Assembly (NCBI GenBank): GCA_030018805.1
Contig: JASEHL010000001.1
Location: forward strand, 1 to 57,521
Direction: 5' to 3'
DNA: 57,521 nt
Origin: Patescibacteria group bacterium
GTDB lineage: Bacteria > Patescibacteriota > Minisyncoccia > Moranbacterales > UBA11712
Of this stretch, positions 37,231-47,221 are shown in pieces. The notes below the pieces were generated by a model. That model had not been told where the DNA came from and did not search any database. It worked only from the letters and a program-made list of their open reading frames with translations. The position numbers and the translations under genes are program-made. How positions within the stretch are numbered: position 1 is the stretch's first letter; the number at the start of each line of letters is the position of its first letter.

Positions 37231-38862
37231 TTAGTCAATTTCGAGAGATTCTTCTTCTGTCGCTCTTTCTATTTCCTCGAGAGTCGTGATTCCCTTGAGA
37301 ACTTTGAGTATGCCGTCCTGTTTCATTTTGATCATTCCTTGATTTTTCACCACTTTGCGAAGAGCTTCTTCTTCGACTTTCTCTCCCATAAGATTCACGA
37401 CTTCATCGTTCACGCTGAAAACTTCGAAGATTCCGATTCTGCCCTTTGTTCCCAGGCCACCGCATTTCGGACAGCCCTTTCCTCTGTGTATTTTTATTCC
37501 TCGTGAGAGATCAAGGTCTTTTTTTTGCTCCTCCGGAATTTGAGCCAGATTTTTTTCGATTGTCCTTTTTATGGTTTCGGTCACCCTGACCTCTTCTTCG
37601 CAAAATTCACAAATTTTCCGCACCAATCTTTGGGCAACCACTACCCGGAGAGACGAAGCGATAAGAAACGGCTCCACGCCCATGTCAATCATTCGCGGAA
37701 TGGCTCCGATCGAATCATTGGTGTGGAGGGTGGAAAGAACGATGTGCCCCGTGAGAGCCGCGTGAACGGCAAGCTCCGCCGTTTCTTTGTCCCGAATTTC
37801 GCCAACCATTATTATATCCGGATCCTGGCGCAAAATCGAACGCAAACCGGTCGCGAAAGTGTATCCGATTTCCGGTTTCACCTGACTCTGGTTGATGCCT
37901 TCCAGCGCGTATTCAACCGGATCCTCGAGAGTGACGATATTGACGCCTTCCTTGTTCATAATTTTCAAGATGGCGTAAAGCGTCGTTGATTTCCCCGATC
38001 CGGTCGGACCGGTAATAAGAATCATTCCGTAAGGCTCGAAAATACCTTCTTTTATGACCTCGTAATTTCGCCCCATGACGCCCAAATCTTCCAAATCAAG
38101 CAGTCCTTTTTCTTTGTCCAAGACTCTCATCACCACTTTCTCCCCCATTGAAACCGGGAACGAAGAAACACGAAGGTCGATCTGTTTGCCTTTTTCAATG
38201 ATTCTGAACCGGCCGTCTTGGGGCTTCCTTCTCTCGTCAATTTTCAAATTGGAAAGAATTTTTATCCTCGAGACGATCGCCGGACCGATTTTTTTCGGAA
38301 GAGCGAGGGAGTTGTGCAATATACCGTCTAATCGATATCTCACCCGGACACTGTCTTCGAGCGGCTCGATGTGGACATCACTGGCCGATCCCTCGATTGC
38401 GTTTCGCAGAATCACTTCGACTATTTTCGCAACTGGCGCGTCTCTCATCACGGCTTCCCCTTTTTCCTTTCCTTCAGTTTCGCCTTCCGCCGGTTCTGTT
38501 TCGAATTTTTCCTGCGCGGTGATGGATTCGAGGGCCTTGGTTATTGTAAAGGTCGGGCTGGTGTAAGCTTCGAGCGCATTTTTGAAATCTTTTTCCGAGA
38601 TTTTAATAATTTCGACGCTCAATTGATTCTTTTCCGCCAAAAACTGAAGAGCATTCTGAACTTCGATGTTCTCGTCATCGACAACGCCTAGGCGCAGAAC
38701 ATGACCGTCTTTTTCCAAGGGAACGAATTTATACTGCTTGGCCGCTTCATAAGGAACAAGACTGATAATATCCGGCGATATTTTTAGATTTTCCCAGTCA
38801 ATTTTCCCGTTTTCGGCGTTGCTTTCGCTTTTTTCATTTTTTTTATCTTCGGTCATTTTCAA
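37231..38862 (-). CDS. pilB: type IV pilus assembly ATPase (GspE/PilB family)
   Basis: 543 aa with GPTGSGKSTT, a CxxC...CxxC tetracysteine motif and LHTNDSIGAIPR. Confidence 0.9.
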   Translation of the reverse strand: MKMTEDKKNEKSESNAENGKIDWENLKISPDIISLVPYEAAKQYKFVPLEKDGHVLRLGVVDDENIEVQNALQFLAEKNQLSVEIIKISEKDFKNALEAYTSPTFTITKALESITAQEKFETEPAEGETEGKEKGEAVMRDAPVAKIVEVILRNAIEGSASDVHIEPLEDSVRVRYRLDGILHNSLALPKKIGPAIVSRIKILSNLKIDERRKPQDGRFRIIEKGKQIDLRVSSFPVSMGEKVVMRVLDKEKGLLDLEDLGVMGRNYEVIKEGIFEPYGMILITGPTGSGKSTTLYAILKIMNKEGVNIVTLEDPVEYALEGINQSQVKPEIGYTFATGLRSILRQDPDIIMVGEIRDKETAELAVHAALTGHIVLSTLHTNDSIGAIPRMIDMGVEPFLIASSLRVVVAQRLVRKICEFCEEEVRVTETIKRTIEKNLAQIPEEQKKDLDLSRGIKIHRGKGCPKCGGLGTKGRIGIFEVFSVNDEVVNLMGEKVEEEALRKVVKNQGMIKMKQDGILKVLKGITTLEEIERATEEESLEID

Positions 38863-38940
38863 TCACATATCCGACCCTCTAACAATTTCTCGCAACCCGA
38901 AGCAAAATTCAACCGCAAAAGAGCCGGACTCTGCTGTTTG

Positions 38941-39783
38941 CTATTTAAAAATATTCCTTTCTCCCGCTTCGGAAACGCCTGGTTCTTCAAAAGCCGAAAA
39001 GACAACGTCTTTCAATTTTTTCAAACCTTCTTCGCTGAAGCTCCCTCCGCTTGCAAGACTGCTTATCGTGGTCATGTTTCCTGTTTCACTTTTCGGTTTA
39101 TAGAAAATATTCAGCTTGATACCCGCGCTGAGAAGATCGCTGTTTCCGCCTTCTTGGACAACCTGCTCTTTCAACCGAATCGCGACTTTTGAGATATTAG
39201 CCAGACGGTTTGTGTCTTCCAAATATTTGAAAAGTCCCAGTATTTGTTCCCAATTGCCAAAAATCGATATCTCCACCGTCGCCAAATTTGCGCAAGAACT
39301 CGAAACAGCCGGCGCCGCGCCGGAAGCCAAAGGAGTCGCCGGCATTTTTGAAGCGTCTGGGGTCGTTCCTTGCATCGAAGGCTGAATCCCGCCTGAAACT
39401 GACGTTTCGTCGCTTTTTACGCACGCATAGGAAATATTTTCGGAAGAAACCGCTTTTGTCGATTCAAATTTCGTGAGAAGGGCTCCGCTTCGGCTGACTC
39501 TCTGGTATAATTCTGACATATAGCTGTCAACTTCCTCGCTTTCGGGGAGCGCGGTTTGAACCAGCTTTTTTTCTTCCATAGTTTCCCATTGCGATTTCAG
39601 TTCGGCCAGTTTTGCATTTTGAACCCGAAGACTTTCCAATTGCCCGGCGTTTGCGGCGACATCCTTCCTCGCCGCCATCATGTCGTCAAAAGCGGGTTTC
39701 ACGAAAAGAACGGCAAACATGATTGCAAAAGCAACCGCAAGTGGAAGAACAAGAACTTTGAGGCCGACAATTTGTTTAACCAT
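38941..39783 (-). CDS. PilO-like pilus alignment protein
   Basis: 280 aa with an N-terminal TM segment then a coiled coil. The call rests mainly on its position next to pilN and pilM. Confidence 0.45.
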   Translation of the reverse strand: MVKQIVGLKVLVLPLAVAFAIMFAVLFVKPAFDDMMAARKDVAANAGQLESLRVQNAKLAELKSQWETMEEKKLVQTALPESEEVDSYMSELYQRVSRSGALLTKFESTKAVSSENISYACVKSDETSVSGGIQPSMQGTTPDASKMPATPLASGAAPAVSSSCANLATVEISIFGNWEQILGLFKYLEDTNRLANISKVAIRLKEQVVQEGGNSDLLSAGIKLNIFYKPKSETGNMTTISSLASGGSFSEEGLKKLKDVVFSAFEEPGVSEAGERNIFK

Positions 39784-39832
39784 TTTTTTATTTTTATATT
39801 GTTATGTTGCGGATTAAAAAAACTCTTTGCTT

Positions 39833-40405
39833 CTACCGTGCTTCGGCCGAATTTCCCTGAAGATATTTTCCGTCGGCCGTGGCCGTCAATTCAAACTCGA
39901 TTCCCGACTGACTGCCATTGACGTCGGTTTTCTCGCTCGCTCCCTTGAATTCGACCGAGCTTATTCCCGGAAACTTCTGAAGCAACATTATTCCTCTTGA
40001 AAGAGTTTCGAAATTTGAGGCAATCCCTTTTATGGAAAAAACGTCTTCCTTTTCACCCCCGGAAAGTTCCGAGAAACGGATTTCAGGAAGAACATATTTG
40101 CTCAATTCTTTGAGATATTTATCCCAATAAGCGTGATCGTCGACGATTTTTCCCAACAGATAGATTCTATCCTGAAAATCGGCCAAAGCCGCGTAATTCG
40201 GGCTGCTCATTTTCGCTTTTTCGACCTGTATATCGCTTTCGAGACTGGCTTTTTTGTCGGAATAATTTTTACCCATGAAACTTATCGCGCCGTAGACGGC
40301 CAGAGTCAAAACGACCAGACCGATTGAAAGGAACAGCATCGCTTTTCCGCTCATCGCCGGTTTGTTTTCGTTTTCCGGTGAAACTAAGTTGATGTTTGCG
40401 GTCAT
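39833..40405 (-). CDS. PilN-like protein
   Basis: 190 aa with INLVSP near the N-terminus and a single TM segment. Confidence 0.55.
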   Translation of the reverse strand: MTANINLVSPENENKPAMSGKAMLFLSIGLVVLTLAVYGAISFMGKNYSDKKASLESDIQVEKAKMSSPNYAALADFQDRIYLLGKIVDDHAYWDKYLKELSKYVLPEIRFSELSGGEKEDVFSIKGIASNFETLSRGIMLLQKFPGISSVEFKGASEKTDVNGSQSGIEFELTATADGKYLQGNSAEAR

Positions 40406-40497
40406 ATTTTTGTTTTTATCTTTTCTAAATATTACTTATATATTACTTTTTTGATTGTACCATTATTGGAAAATTTCAACAAATTGCTCCAGGCCGG

Positions 40498-41580
40498 TTA
40501 TTTTTCTTGCAGCCCCCTAAGAGCCAAACCGATGGCAACCGTCAGTTCAGGCGCCACTTCTTTTACGACATTCTCGTATTTTTTCTCCACCCCGACCCGC
40601 GCCAACGAATTCCCAAGCTGGCACTCCAAAGACATCTGACGCGAGAAATATTCCAACAGACTGTTCATTTTTGAAGTTCCGCCGGTAAATATCAATTTTT
40701 CTATTTTTCTGAGGGGATTTTTTTTGTGATAGAGCTCGCGAAGACGCTTGATTTCATCAAGAATCATCCCCGCAACGGGCGCGACAAGAGACGAAGTCCT
40801 GTCTTTTACGTCCAACAGATTGATTTGATTTGACCTCTTGAACTTGTCGGCTCGCTGAAGGTCTATTCTCAAACCGCTCGCGATCGCCCTTGAAATTTCG
40901 ACTCCTCCGACATCGATACTGCGAGTTACTCTGATGATCCCGTCACTCACAATCGTAAAATTGGTGGCTTTGGCGCCAATATTCACAATCATGAAAGTTC
41001 CTTTGTCGTTTCCGATGAGGCATCTTGTCGTCGCGAAATTTTCAACTTCAAGCGCCGAGGATACCAATCCGTTTTTCTCAATGACTTTTGTTATGCTTTC
41101 GATCGAACTCTTGGGAACCGTAACGACCATGATTTGGATTTTGTTGTTTTGCCGAATGGCTTGAGATCCTTCAATGGGCTTTTCCTGATAGCTCCCGATG
41201 ATATCCCACCCGAGACTCACTTCATCAAGCGGCGTGGGAATATATTTGTTGGCTTCGAATCTCACCGCTTGGTCAAGCTCCGCTCTCGGCATTTCGGGAA
41301 GTTCCACAAAAGAAATCAGAGCCAAAAAACTGGGGATGGCGACAACAGCCCTTTTTGTCGAGAATTTCCCTCTTTTGAGTACGTTCCGGATTATTTCACT
41401 TGACTGTCCGTCGAGAATTTCCAATCCGCTCGTTTGAATAAGGGAACCCGAGTCATAGGAAAGAGCATAATTTGAAAGGACGGGAACATTGTTCTCTTTT
41501 TTGAGCTCGACTATCTTGACGCCGGTTGTGCCGATATCAACACCCAAGCACTTGTTTTTCCTCGAAAATAAGCTAAACAT
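40498..41580 (-). CDS. pilM: type IV pilus assembly protein PilM (actin-like ATPase)
   Basis: 360 aa with LGVDIGTTGVKIVEL and IVNIGAKATNFTIV. Confidence 0.85.
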   Translation of the reverse strand: MFSLFSRKNKCLGVDIGTTGVKIVELKKENNVPVLSNYALSYDSGSLIQTSGLEILDGQSSEIIRNVLKRGKFSTKRAVVAIPSFLALISFVELPEMPRAELDQAVRFEANKYIPTPLDEVSLGWDIIGSYQEKPIEGSQAIRQNNKIQIMVVTVPKSSIESITKVIEKNGLVSSALEVENFATTRCLIGNDKGTFMIVNIGAKATNFTIVSDGIIRVTRSIDVGGVEISRAIASGLRIDLQRADKFKRSNQINLLDVKDRTSSLVAPVAGMILDEIKRLRELYHKKNPLRKIEKLIFTGGTSKMNSLLEYFSRQMSLECQLGNSLARVGVEKKYENVVKEVAPELTVAIGLALRGLQEK

Positions 41581-41802
41581 TTCAAGAATAAAAAAAGCCG
41601 CGCAGAAAAACCTGAATTCTGCAGGGCCAGTTGCTTATCCGAATAACACAAACATTAAGAATTGATTTCATTCTTTTGTTTTTGTATGTATATTCAACTT
41701 GTTTCTATTGTACCATATTTTTTCAAAGTCAACAACAATCGCCATCGCCCTTGAGAGCAAGGACCGTGATGTGGTAATATGTTAGAGAAATAAGAAAATC
41801 GC

Positions 41803-42540
41803 GTGCACTTTTTTGTCAAAATAAAAAAAATCATTCTCGACACTCTTTTTCCCGTTTCTTGCCTTTCCTGCGGCGCGCCCGAACATTGGGTTTGCGAGCA
41901 ATGTTTCGCCGAAACAAAGATGCGCGAACAGCAATCTTGCCCTTGGTGCGAAAAAATCGCCACACTGAAGGGAAAACTCTGCTTTTTTTGCAAAGAACAG
42001 AAAAAATCGCGCCTTGACGGCCTTGTAGCGGCTGTTTCATACGAAAATCCCTTTGTGAAACAGGCGACATACAATCTGAAATACCGCTTTGCCTCCGAGC
42101 TTGCCTCGCCTCTTTCAGAAATACTTCTGAAGTCGCTTTTGGAAAATGACATTTCTCTTCCCAAATATGTCGTTCCCGTTCCCCTGCACCGGCGGAGACT
42201 CCGCTGGAGAGGATTTAACCAAAGCCAACTTCTCGCCGAAAAAATTTCCGCTGGGCTGGCGCCTCCGGTGAAAATCGAAATGCTGGATGCGCTGGAAAGA
42301 AGAAAGCACAAAAAACCGCAAATGGAAATCAAAAAATACAGGGATCGCCTCGACAACGTCAAGGGAATATTTTCTCTCAAGACCAAGCCTTCAAAAATCA
42401 AAGGCGCCCGGATTTTGCTCGTGGACGACATCGCCACGACCGGCGCCACTCTTCAGGAATGCGCAGGAGTTCTGAAAGAAAATGGAGCAAGATATGTTTT
42501 CGCCGCCGTCATCGCGCGGCAAACCATGAAGCAAAATTAA
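41803..42540 (+). CDS. comF: ComF family phosphoribosyltransferase-like protein
   Basis: 245 aa with an N-terminal CxxC...CxxC motif and the PRT motif ILLVDDIATTGATL. Confidence 0.8.
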   Translation: MHFFVKIKKIILDTLFPVSCLSCGAPEHWVCEQCFAETKMREQQSCPWCEKIATLKGKLCFFCKEQKKSRLDGLVAAVSYENPFVKQATYNLKYRFASELASPLSEILLKSLLENDISLPKYVVPVPLHRRRLRWRGFNQSQLLAEKISAGLAPPVKIEMLDALERRKHKKPQMEIKKYRDRLDNVKGIFSLKTKPSKIKGARILLVDDIATTGATLQECAGVLKENGARYVFAAVIARQTMKQN

Positions 42541-42546
42541 AAAATA

Positions 42547-42610
42547 TTCACTCTGTTGAATCCTCCCCCGGAGTGGGAGGTGCGCCTGCGGCGCAATTCA
42601 ACAGGGTAAA
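42547..42610. repeat. family-A palindromic element, divergent copy (after comF)
   Basis: ttcactctgttgaat-cctcccccggagtgggagg-tgcgcctgcggcgca-attcaacagggtaaa. Confidence 0.75.
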
Positions 42611-42678
42611 ATAAAAAAATTAACCCCGTTAGAAATTAGGTCTATCCGAGCTATTTTTAGCGGGTTCATCACAAAAAA

Positions 42679-43506
42679 ATGAAAAAAAATATCGAAATTT
42701 CTAACGGGGTGAAACAAAAGAAAAAAATCTTCGTCGGAAAAATTTTGGGTGTTCTGGCCTCCTTTCTTCTCGCGCCCGCTTTCGCCTCTGCCGAGACTTG
42801 GAACTACACGGCTCTCGGCGATTCGCTGGCCTATGGTTATGGCGCCACGGGAAACTACGGTTACGTCGATACGTACAAGAATTACGTGGAAAGTGACAAC
42901 GGCGTAACCATAAACCTCTGGAATCTTGGCTCTTCCGGCTGGACCAGCAGTGATCTCCTGGCCGCTCTCAAGAGTAATGCTGTCTTTCGGGCGGCCGTCT
43001 CGAGTTCCCGAGTGATTACGGTTGACATTGGCGGGAATGACTTGCTGCAGGCGACCGTGAAATACAAAGCCGGAATATGCGGAGGAAAGAAAAACGACAA
43101 ATGCATGAAAACAGCCAACAAGAATCTCAAAAAAAATTTCAAAAAAATTCTCAAAGAGATAAAAAAACTCCGCGGAAAACAACAAACGATATATCGCACA
43201 ATGAATTTATATTATTCGGCTGTCACCTCGGACTCAAGCGTTGACAGTTTCAGCGGGGATAAATATTCGAGTGATTTCGCCTTCCTGAACTATTACGTGA
43301 AGAAGGCGGACAGCATACTTTGCAAAGCGGGCCGTTCGAAAGGTTTTCTGTGCGCAGATGTCCACACCTCGTTCAACGGCGCAAGCAAAACTGAAGATCC
43401 CCAGCAAAAGGGATATATTTGCGCTGACGGACTCCATCCCAACGATACCGGATATCAGGTCATAGCCAATGATTTTCGAGCTTTAGGGTATTCGACATCT
43501 AAATAA
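42679..43506 (+). CDS. secreted SGNH/GDSL hydrolase
   Basis: 275 aa with a signal peptide, YTALGDSLAYGYG, and DGLHPN near the C-terminus. Confidence 0.8.
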   Translation: MKKNIEISNGVKQKKKIFVGKILGVLASFLLAPAFASAETWNYTALGDSLAYGYGATGNYGYVDTYKNYVESDNGVTINLWNLGSSGWTSSDLLAALKSNAVFRAAVSSSRVITVDIGGNDLLQATVKYKAGICGGKKNDKCMKTANKNLKKNFKKILKEIKKLRGKQQTIYRTMNLYYSAVTSDSSVDSFSGDKYSSDFAFLNYYVKKADSILCKAGRSKGFLCADVHTSFNGASKTEDPQQKGYICADGLHPNDTGYQVIANDFRALGYSTSK

Positions 43507-43549
43507 ACCTTGAAAAATAAAGGGTTTCCCCCTATACTCATATAGCCGT

Positions 43550-43640
43550 GGAGAGGTGGCTGAGCGGCTGAAAGCGATAGGTTGCTAACCTGTTATACGG
43601 CCTTAAAACCGTATCGAGGGTTCGAATCCCTCCCTCTCCG
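43550..43640 (+). tRNA. tRNA-Ser(GCU)
   Basis: Hand-folded. The acceptor is GGAGAGG/CCTCTCC, the anticodon loop is TTGCTAA, there is a long variable arm, and the T-loop is GGTTCGAATCC. Confidence 0.85.
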
Positions 43641-43762
43641 AATGCACTGGAGGCGTGGCAGAGTGGCTGAACCCTGAAGTATAAATGCTTCGCATTTAAC
43701 TGCAGGGCAAGTGCACCAGCTTGCCCCGCACCAAAAATAATTTATAGCATTATAAATATTAC

Positions 43763-43849
43763 GGTGGGATGGCTGAGTGGACGAAAGCGGCAGTCTTGAA
43801 AACTGCAGTGTCAGTAATGGCACCGGGGGTTCGAATCCCTCTCCCACCG
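43763..43849 (+). tRNA. tRNA-Ser(UGA)
   Basis: The acceptor is GGTGGGA/TCCCACC, the anticodon loop is CTTGAAA, and there is a long variable arm. Confidence 0.85.
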
Positions 43850-43948
43850 ATTAGACAAATTTTGGTGCGGGATCGAGAAAAACTGGAGTACTAGAAATAG
43901 TACCGTGAGTTCGAATCTCACCCCCACCGAAAAAATATTATCAAAAAA

Positions 43949-44464
43949 ATGAACCCAAACAAACCGAGAACTAAATCCATCACCAAGTTCAAAACAAGCG
44001 ACGAGCCGACCTTTTCCTGGGAAGCGCCGGAATACGAGCATTTTGAAAAACACCCGAAGTGGTATTGGATTATGGGCGGAATACTTTTGGCAATCGTCGT
44101 TTACGCTCTCGTTACCAATTCTATTCTCATGGCGATCATGTTCATTCTCATCGGAATGCTCGGGTACGTTTACGCCGAAAGGGAGCCCCGGATCATCAAA
44201 ATGCAAATCACGCCCGACGGCATACAGGTTGACAACTACTTTTACGCCTACAATGACCTCAAAAGTTTTTGGATTTTTTACGAAGCGGAAGAAGGAATTC
44301 GAGTCTTGAGTCTTCACAGCAGGAAAACTTTTCTTCCCTATATTCACATCCCGATCGGAAACGCCAATCCCATTCTCATTCGTGAAACTCTCGTACAATA
44401 TCTTCCTGAAATAAAGCAGGAATTGACAATTCTCGATAGATTGGAGAGGCTGATTGGACTTTAA
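43949..44464 (+). CDS. hypothetical membrane protein
   Basis: 171 aa with two adjacent TM segments after about 35 residues. Confidence 0.55.
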   Translation: MNPNKPRTKSITKFKTSDEPTFSWEAPEYEHFEKHPKWYWIMGGILLAIVVYALVTNSILMAIMFILIGMLGYVYAEREPRIIKMQITPDGIQVDNYFYAYNDLKSFWIFYEAEEGIRVLSLHSRKTFLPYIHIPIGNANPILIRETLVQYLPEIKQELTILDRLERLIGL

Positions 44465-44505
44465 TCGCGAAACATGCAACTTGTAATATGTAACACAAGT
44501 TTTAC

Positions 44506-44582
44506 GTCCCCGTAGCTCAGTTGGATAGAGCGCAACCTTGCGGAGGTTGAGGCCAGAGGTTCAAGTCCTCTCGGGGACGCCA
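44506..44582 (+). tRNA. tRNA-Arg(GCG) with encoded CCA
   Basis: The acceptor is GTCCCCG/CGGGGAC, the anticodon loop is TTGCGGA, and the 3' end is GCCA. Confidence 0.85.
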
Positions 44583-44597
44583 GCGTAAAGTATAACC

Positions 44598-44921
44598 ATG
44601 AAAAAAACAATCACATTCGCCGTAATATCCACTGCTATTATTTTTCTTGGTGGCTGTGTGAAGCAAAACGCGACTGATAGCGTTCCTCAAAGCCAGCCGG
44701 AGCAAACGGAATCGACAGTTTCCGAAAAATCCTGCCAAGCGGACAGCGACTGCGCCTGTGGACGCCGCATTGAAACCAAAGAGTGCTTTTTTGGAAACGC
44801 TAAATACGTCGATCCCCTGCTTCGGCCTTGCCCTGATTTTTGCACGGGAATCGACGGGAGGTTTCGAACCAAGTGCGTGAACGGCGAATGCCGGCAGGTT
44901 CGCTCCTCACCACAGCCTTGA
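44598..44921 (+). CDS. small Cys-rich lipoprotein
   Basis: The lipobox is IIFLGGC. The mature part contains 8 Cys residues. Confidence 0.6.
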   Translation: MKKTITFAVISTAIIFLGGCVKQNATDSVPQSQPEQTESTVSEKSCQADSDCACGRRIETKECFFGNAKYVDPLLRPCPDFCTGIDGRFRTKCVNGECRQVRSSPQP

Positions 44922-45070
44922 GACTAAAGCATTTGGACCATTACTCTCTGAATATTTCTCGTATATCCCCCACAAATTGGCCCACTGATTCTGCGGTGAG
45001 GGGCAAAAGTCGGAGTCAAAGACACTGTCGAATAGCCACCAGTTTTTTATTTGAATAATATCGCGATAAT

Positions 45071-47155
45071 ATGTCCGCGCTTGACACGCCGATAAAAAAT
45101 ATTTCCTTCATCGAGAAAAAATATCTGAAAAAACTCGAACAGCTCGGAATCAAAAATATCCGGGATTTTTTATATTTTTTCCCGCACCGCTACGATGATT
45201 TTTCAAAAATTATCAAAATCATCGAACTCAAGCAGGATGAAATCGCGACCATAGAGGGGAAAATTGTTGACATTCAAAATATCCGCACCTGGAAAAGAAG
45301 AATGGCTATTACTGAAGCCATCGCCGAGGACAAATCCGGATCAATAAGAGTCGTCTGGTTCAACCAGCCTTACATCGTTCAGAATATAAAAAAGGATTCT
45401 CTCGTGAGGTTGAGCGGAAAAGTAAATTGGGACAAGAAGGGCCTATATTTTTCAAGTCCGGCCTATGAAATGGCCAAGCGCGCGCCGACTAATACCGGCC
45501 GGATCGTCCCTGTTTATCCCGAAACACGCGGGCTCACTTCCCGCTGGCTGCGGTGGAAAATCAGCCAGCTTCTCAAAAAATATCTCGAGGAAATTCCGGA
45601 AATAATCCCCGACGCGATTCTCAAAAGACAAAACTTGATCAGCGCGCGAGAAGCCGTCCAGGAACTTCATTTCCCGTCAAGTTTCGAAAAAGTGAAAGTT
45701 GCTCAAAAGAGAATGGCCTTTGAGGAAATGTTTCTCATTCAGTTTGTGTCAGTGCGGGCGAGAAAGGATTGGGAAACGAGCTGTGCGACGAAAATAAATT
45801 TCGATGAAAAATTGGTGAAAGATTTCGTGGCGTCTCTTCCGTTCAAGCTGACCGACGCGCAAAGAAAATCGGCTTTTCAGATTTTGCGGGACATTGAAAA
45901 ACCGCATCCGATGAACCGACTCCTTGAAGGAGACGTCGGCTCGGGGAAAACAGTCGTCGCGGCAATCGCGGCGCTCGAGGCGATGACGGCCGGATACCAA
46001 ACGGCTATTATGGCGCCGACGGAGGTGCTGGCCCGGCAGCATTTTGAAACTTTTGGAAAAGTTCTCAAGGGCTTTTCGCAAAAAGTAGGCCTGCTGACAA
46101 ACAGTGAGAGCCGGACTTTCTGGAAAAAAAACACTCGCAAAAATTTTCTGGGAAAAATCCGCCGCGGGGAAATAAAAATTCTCATCGGCACGCACGCGCT
46201 CATTCAGGAATCCGTGGAGTTCAAGAATTTAGCTCTTGTTGTTATCGACGAACAGCATCGTTTTGGAGTCGAGCAAAGAGCAATATTACAGAAAGCGGCG
46301 GCTAATCTAAAGGATAATCTTAAAAATTCTGTTCCGCACTTATTATCAATGACCGCCACTCCCATTCCAAGAACTTTGGCTTTGGCATTTTATGGAAATT
46401 TGGATCTCTCTATTCTGGACGAACTTCCCAAAGGCCGAAAAAAAATTATTACGGAAACTATCACTCCCGCCAGCCGCGAGAAAGTTTATAATTTCATCCG
46501 CGCTGAAATAAAAAAGGGGCGCCAGGCTTTTTTTATCTTTCCACTCATAGAAGAATCGGAAAAAATTTCAGGGAAAGCCGCGACGGAAGAGTATAAAAGA
46601 TTATCGAATGATATTTTTCCCGACTTGAAAATCGGCTTGCTGCACGGACGCATGAAACCAAAAGACAAGGAAGAAGTGATGAAGGATTTCAATGATAAAA
46701 AGTATGATATTTTGGTTTCTACTTCGGTTATAGAAGTCGGTGTGGATGTCCCCAACGCGACGATTATGGTTATTGAGGGTTCGGAGCGCTTCGGTCTCGC
46801 GCAACTTCACCAATTTCGCGGGCGCGTCGGCCGTTCGGAGCATCAATCGCATTGCTTTTTGTTCACGGATTCACCTTCGGCTACAACGAACAAAAGGCTG
46901 AAGGCGCTTATCGAGTCTGAAGATGGCTTCAAATTGGCAGAATATGATCTCGAAATCCGGGGTCCTGGTCAATTCATCGGAAAGCGCCAATCCGGAATCG
47001 CCGACGCGGCCATGCAGCATCTCTCGGATGTGAAACTTATCCAGCAAGGCCGCATTGAAGCGCAAAGCCTGTTTGAATTTGATCCAAAACTCGAAAAATT
47101 TCCGATTTTGAAACAAACTTTAGATAGGTTCGACAAGGAGATTCATTTGGAATAG
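45071..47155 (+). CDS. recG: ATP-dependent DNA helicase RecG
   Basis: 694 aa with a wedge domain, GDVGSGKT, DEQHRFGV and QLHQFRGRVGR. Confidence 0.95.
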   Translation: MSALDTPIKNISFIEKKYLKKLEQLGIKNIRDFLYFFPHRYDDFSKIIKIIELKQDEIATIEGKIVDIQNIRTWKRRMAITEAIAEDKSGSIRVVWFNQPYIVQNIKKDSLVRLSGKVNWDKKGLYFSSPAYEMAKRAPTNTGRIVPVYPETRGLTSRWLRWKISQLLKKYLEEIPEIIPDAILKRQNLISAREAVQELHFPSSFEKVKVAQKRMAFEEMFLIQFVSVRARKDWETSCATKINFDEKLVKDFVASLPFKLTDAQRKSAFQILRDIEKPHPMNRLLEGDVGSGKTVVAAIAALEAMTAGYQTAIMAPTEVLARQHFETFGKVLKGFSQKVGLLTNSESRTFWKKNTRKNFLGKIRRGEIKILIGTHALIQESVEFKNLALVVIDEQHRFGVEQRAILQKAAANLKDNLKNSVPHLLSMTATPIPRTLALAFYGNLDLSILDELPKGRKKIITETITPASREKVYNFIRAEIKKGRQAFFIFPLIEESEKISGKAATEEYKRLSNDIFPDLKIGLLHGRMKPKDKEEVMKDFNDKKYDILVSTSVIEVGVDVPNATIMVIEGSERFGLAQLHQFRGRVGRSEHQSHCFLFTDSPSATTNKRLKALIESEDGFKLAEYDLEIRGPGQFIGKRQSGIADAAMQHLSDVKLIQQGRIEAQSLFEFDPKLEKFPILKQTLDRFDKEIHLE

Positions 47156-47221
47156 AAATTTGTAAAAATATATTGTCAATATCCATTGCTATAGCAATCA
47201 TTGTTGACAATATAGAATAAA

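Noticed and set aside
41694-42449. A 251-aa minus-strand ORF opposite comF. Similar long antisense ORFs occur at 17132-17860, 19119-19832, 35783-36616, 42598-43185, 43811-44479, 48305-49009, 50874-51719, 54585-55349 and 56159-56938.
   Set aside because: Each lies antisense to a gene with clear family motifs. Their translations are low-complexity or rich in R, S and F, with no recognisable motifs. I treat them as shadow ORFs.
43649-43737. The upstream tRNA-like fragment as a functional tRNA, possibly with an 8-nt anticodon loop (TGAAG-TATAAATG-CTTCG).
   Set aside because: It has no T-arm consensus and no matching acceptor 3' strand (CGCCTCC is absent), and the D-stem does not pair. It is reported only as a tRNA-like fragment.
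47171-47212. The nested palindrome TATTGTCAA...ATTGCTATAGCAAT...TTGACAATA as an operator site.
   Set aside because: It lies in a convergent 3'-3' intergenic region (between the recG end and the end of a minus-strand gene), with no promoter context. It is more likely part of the terminator structures.
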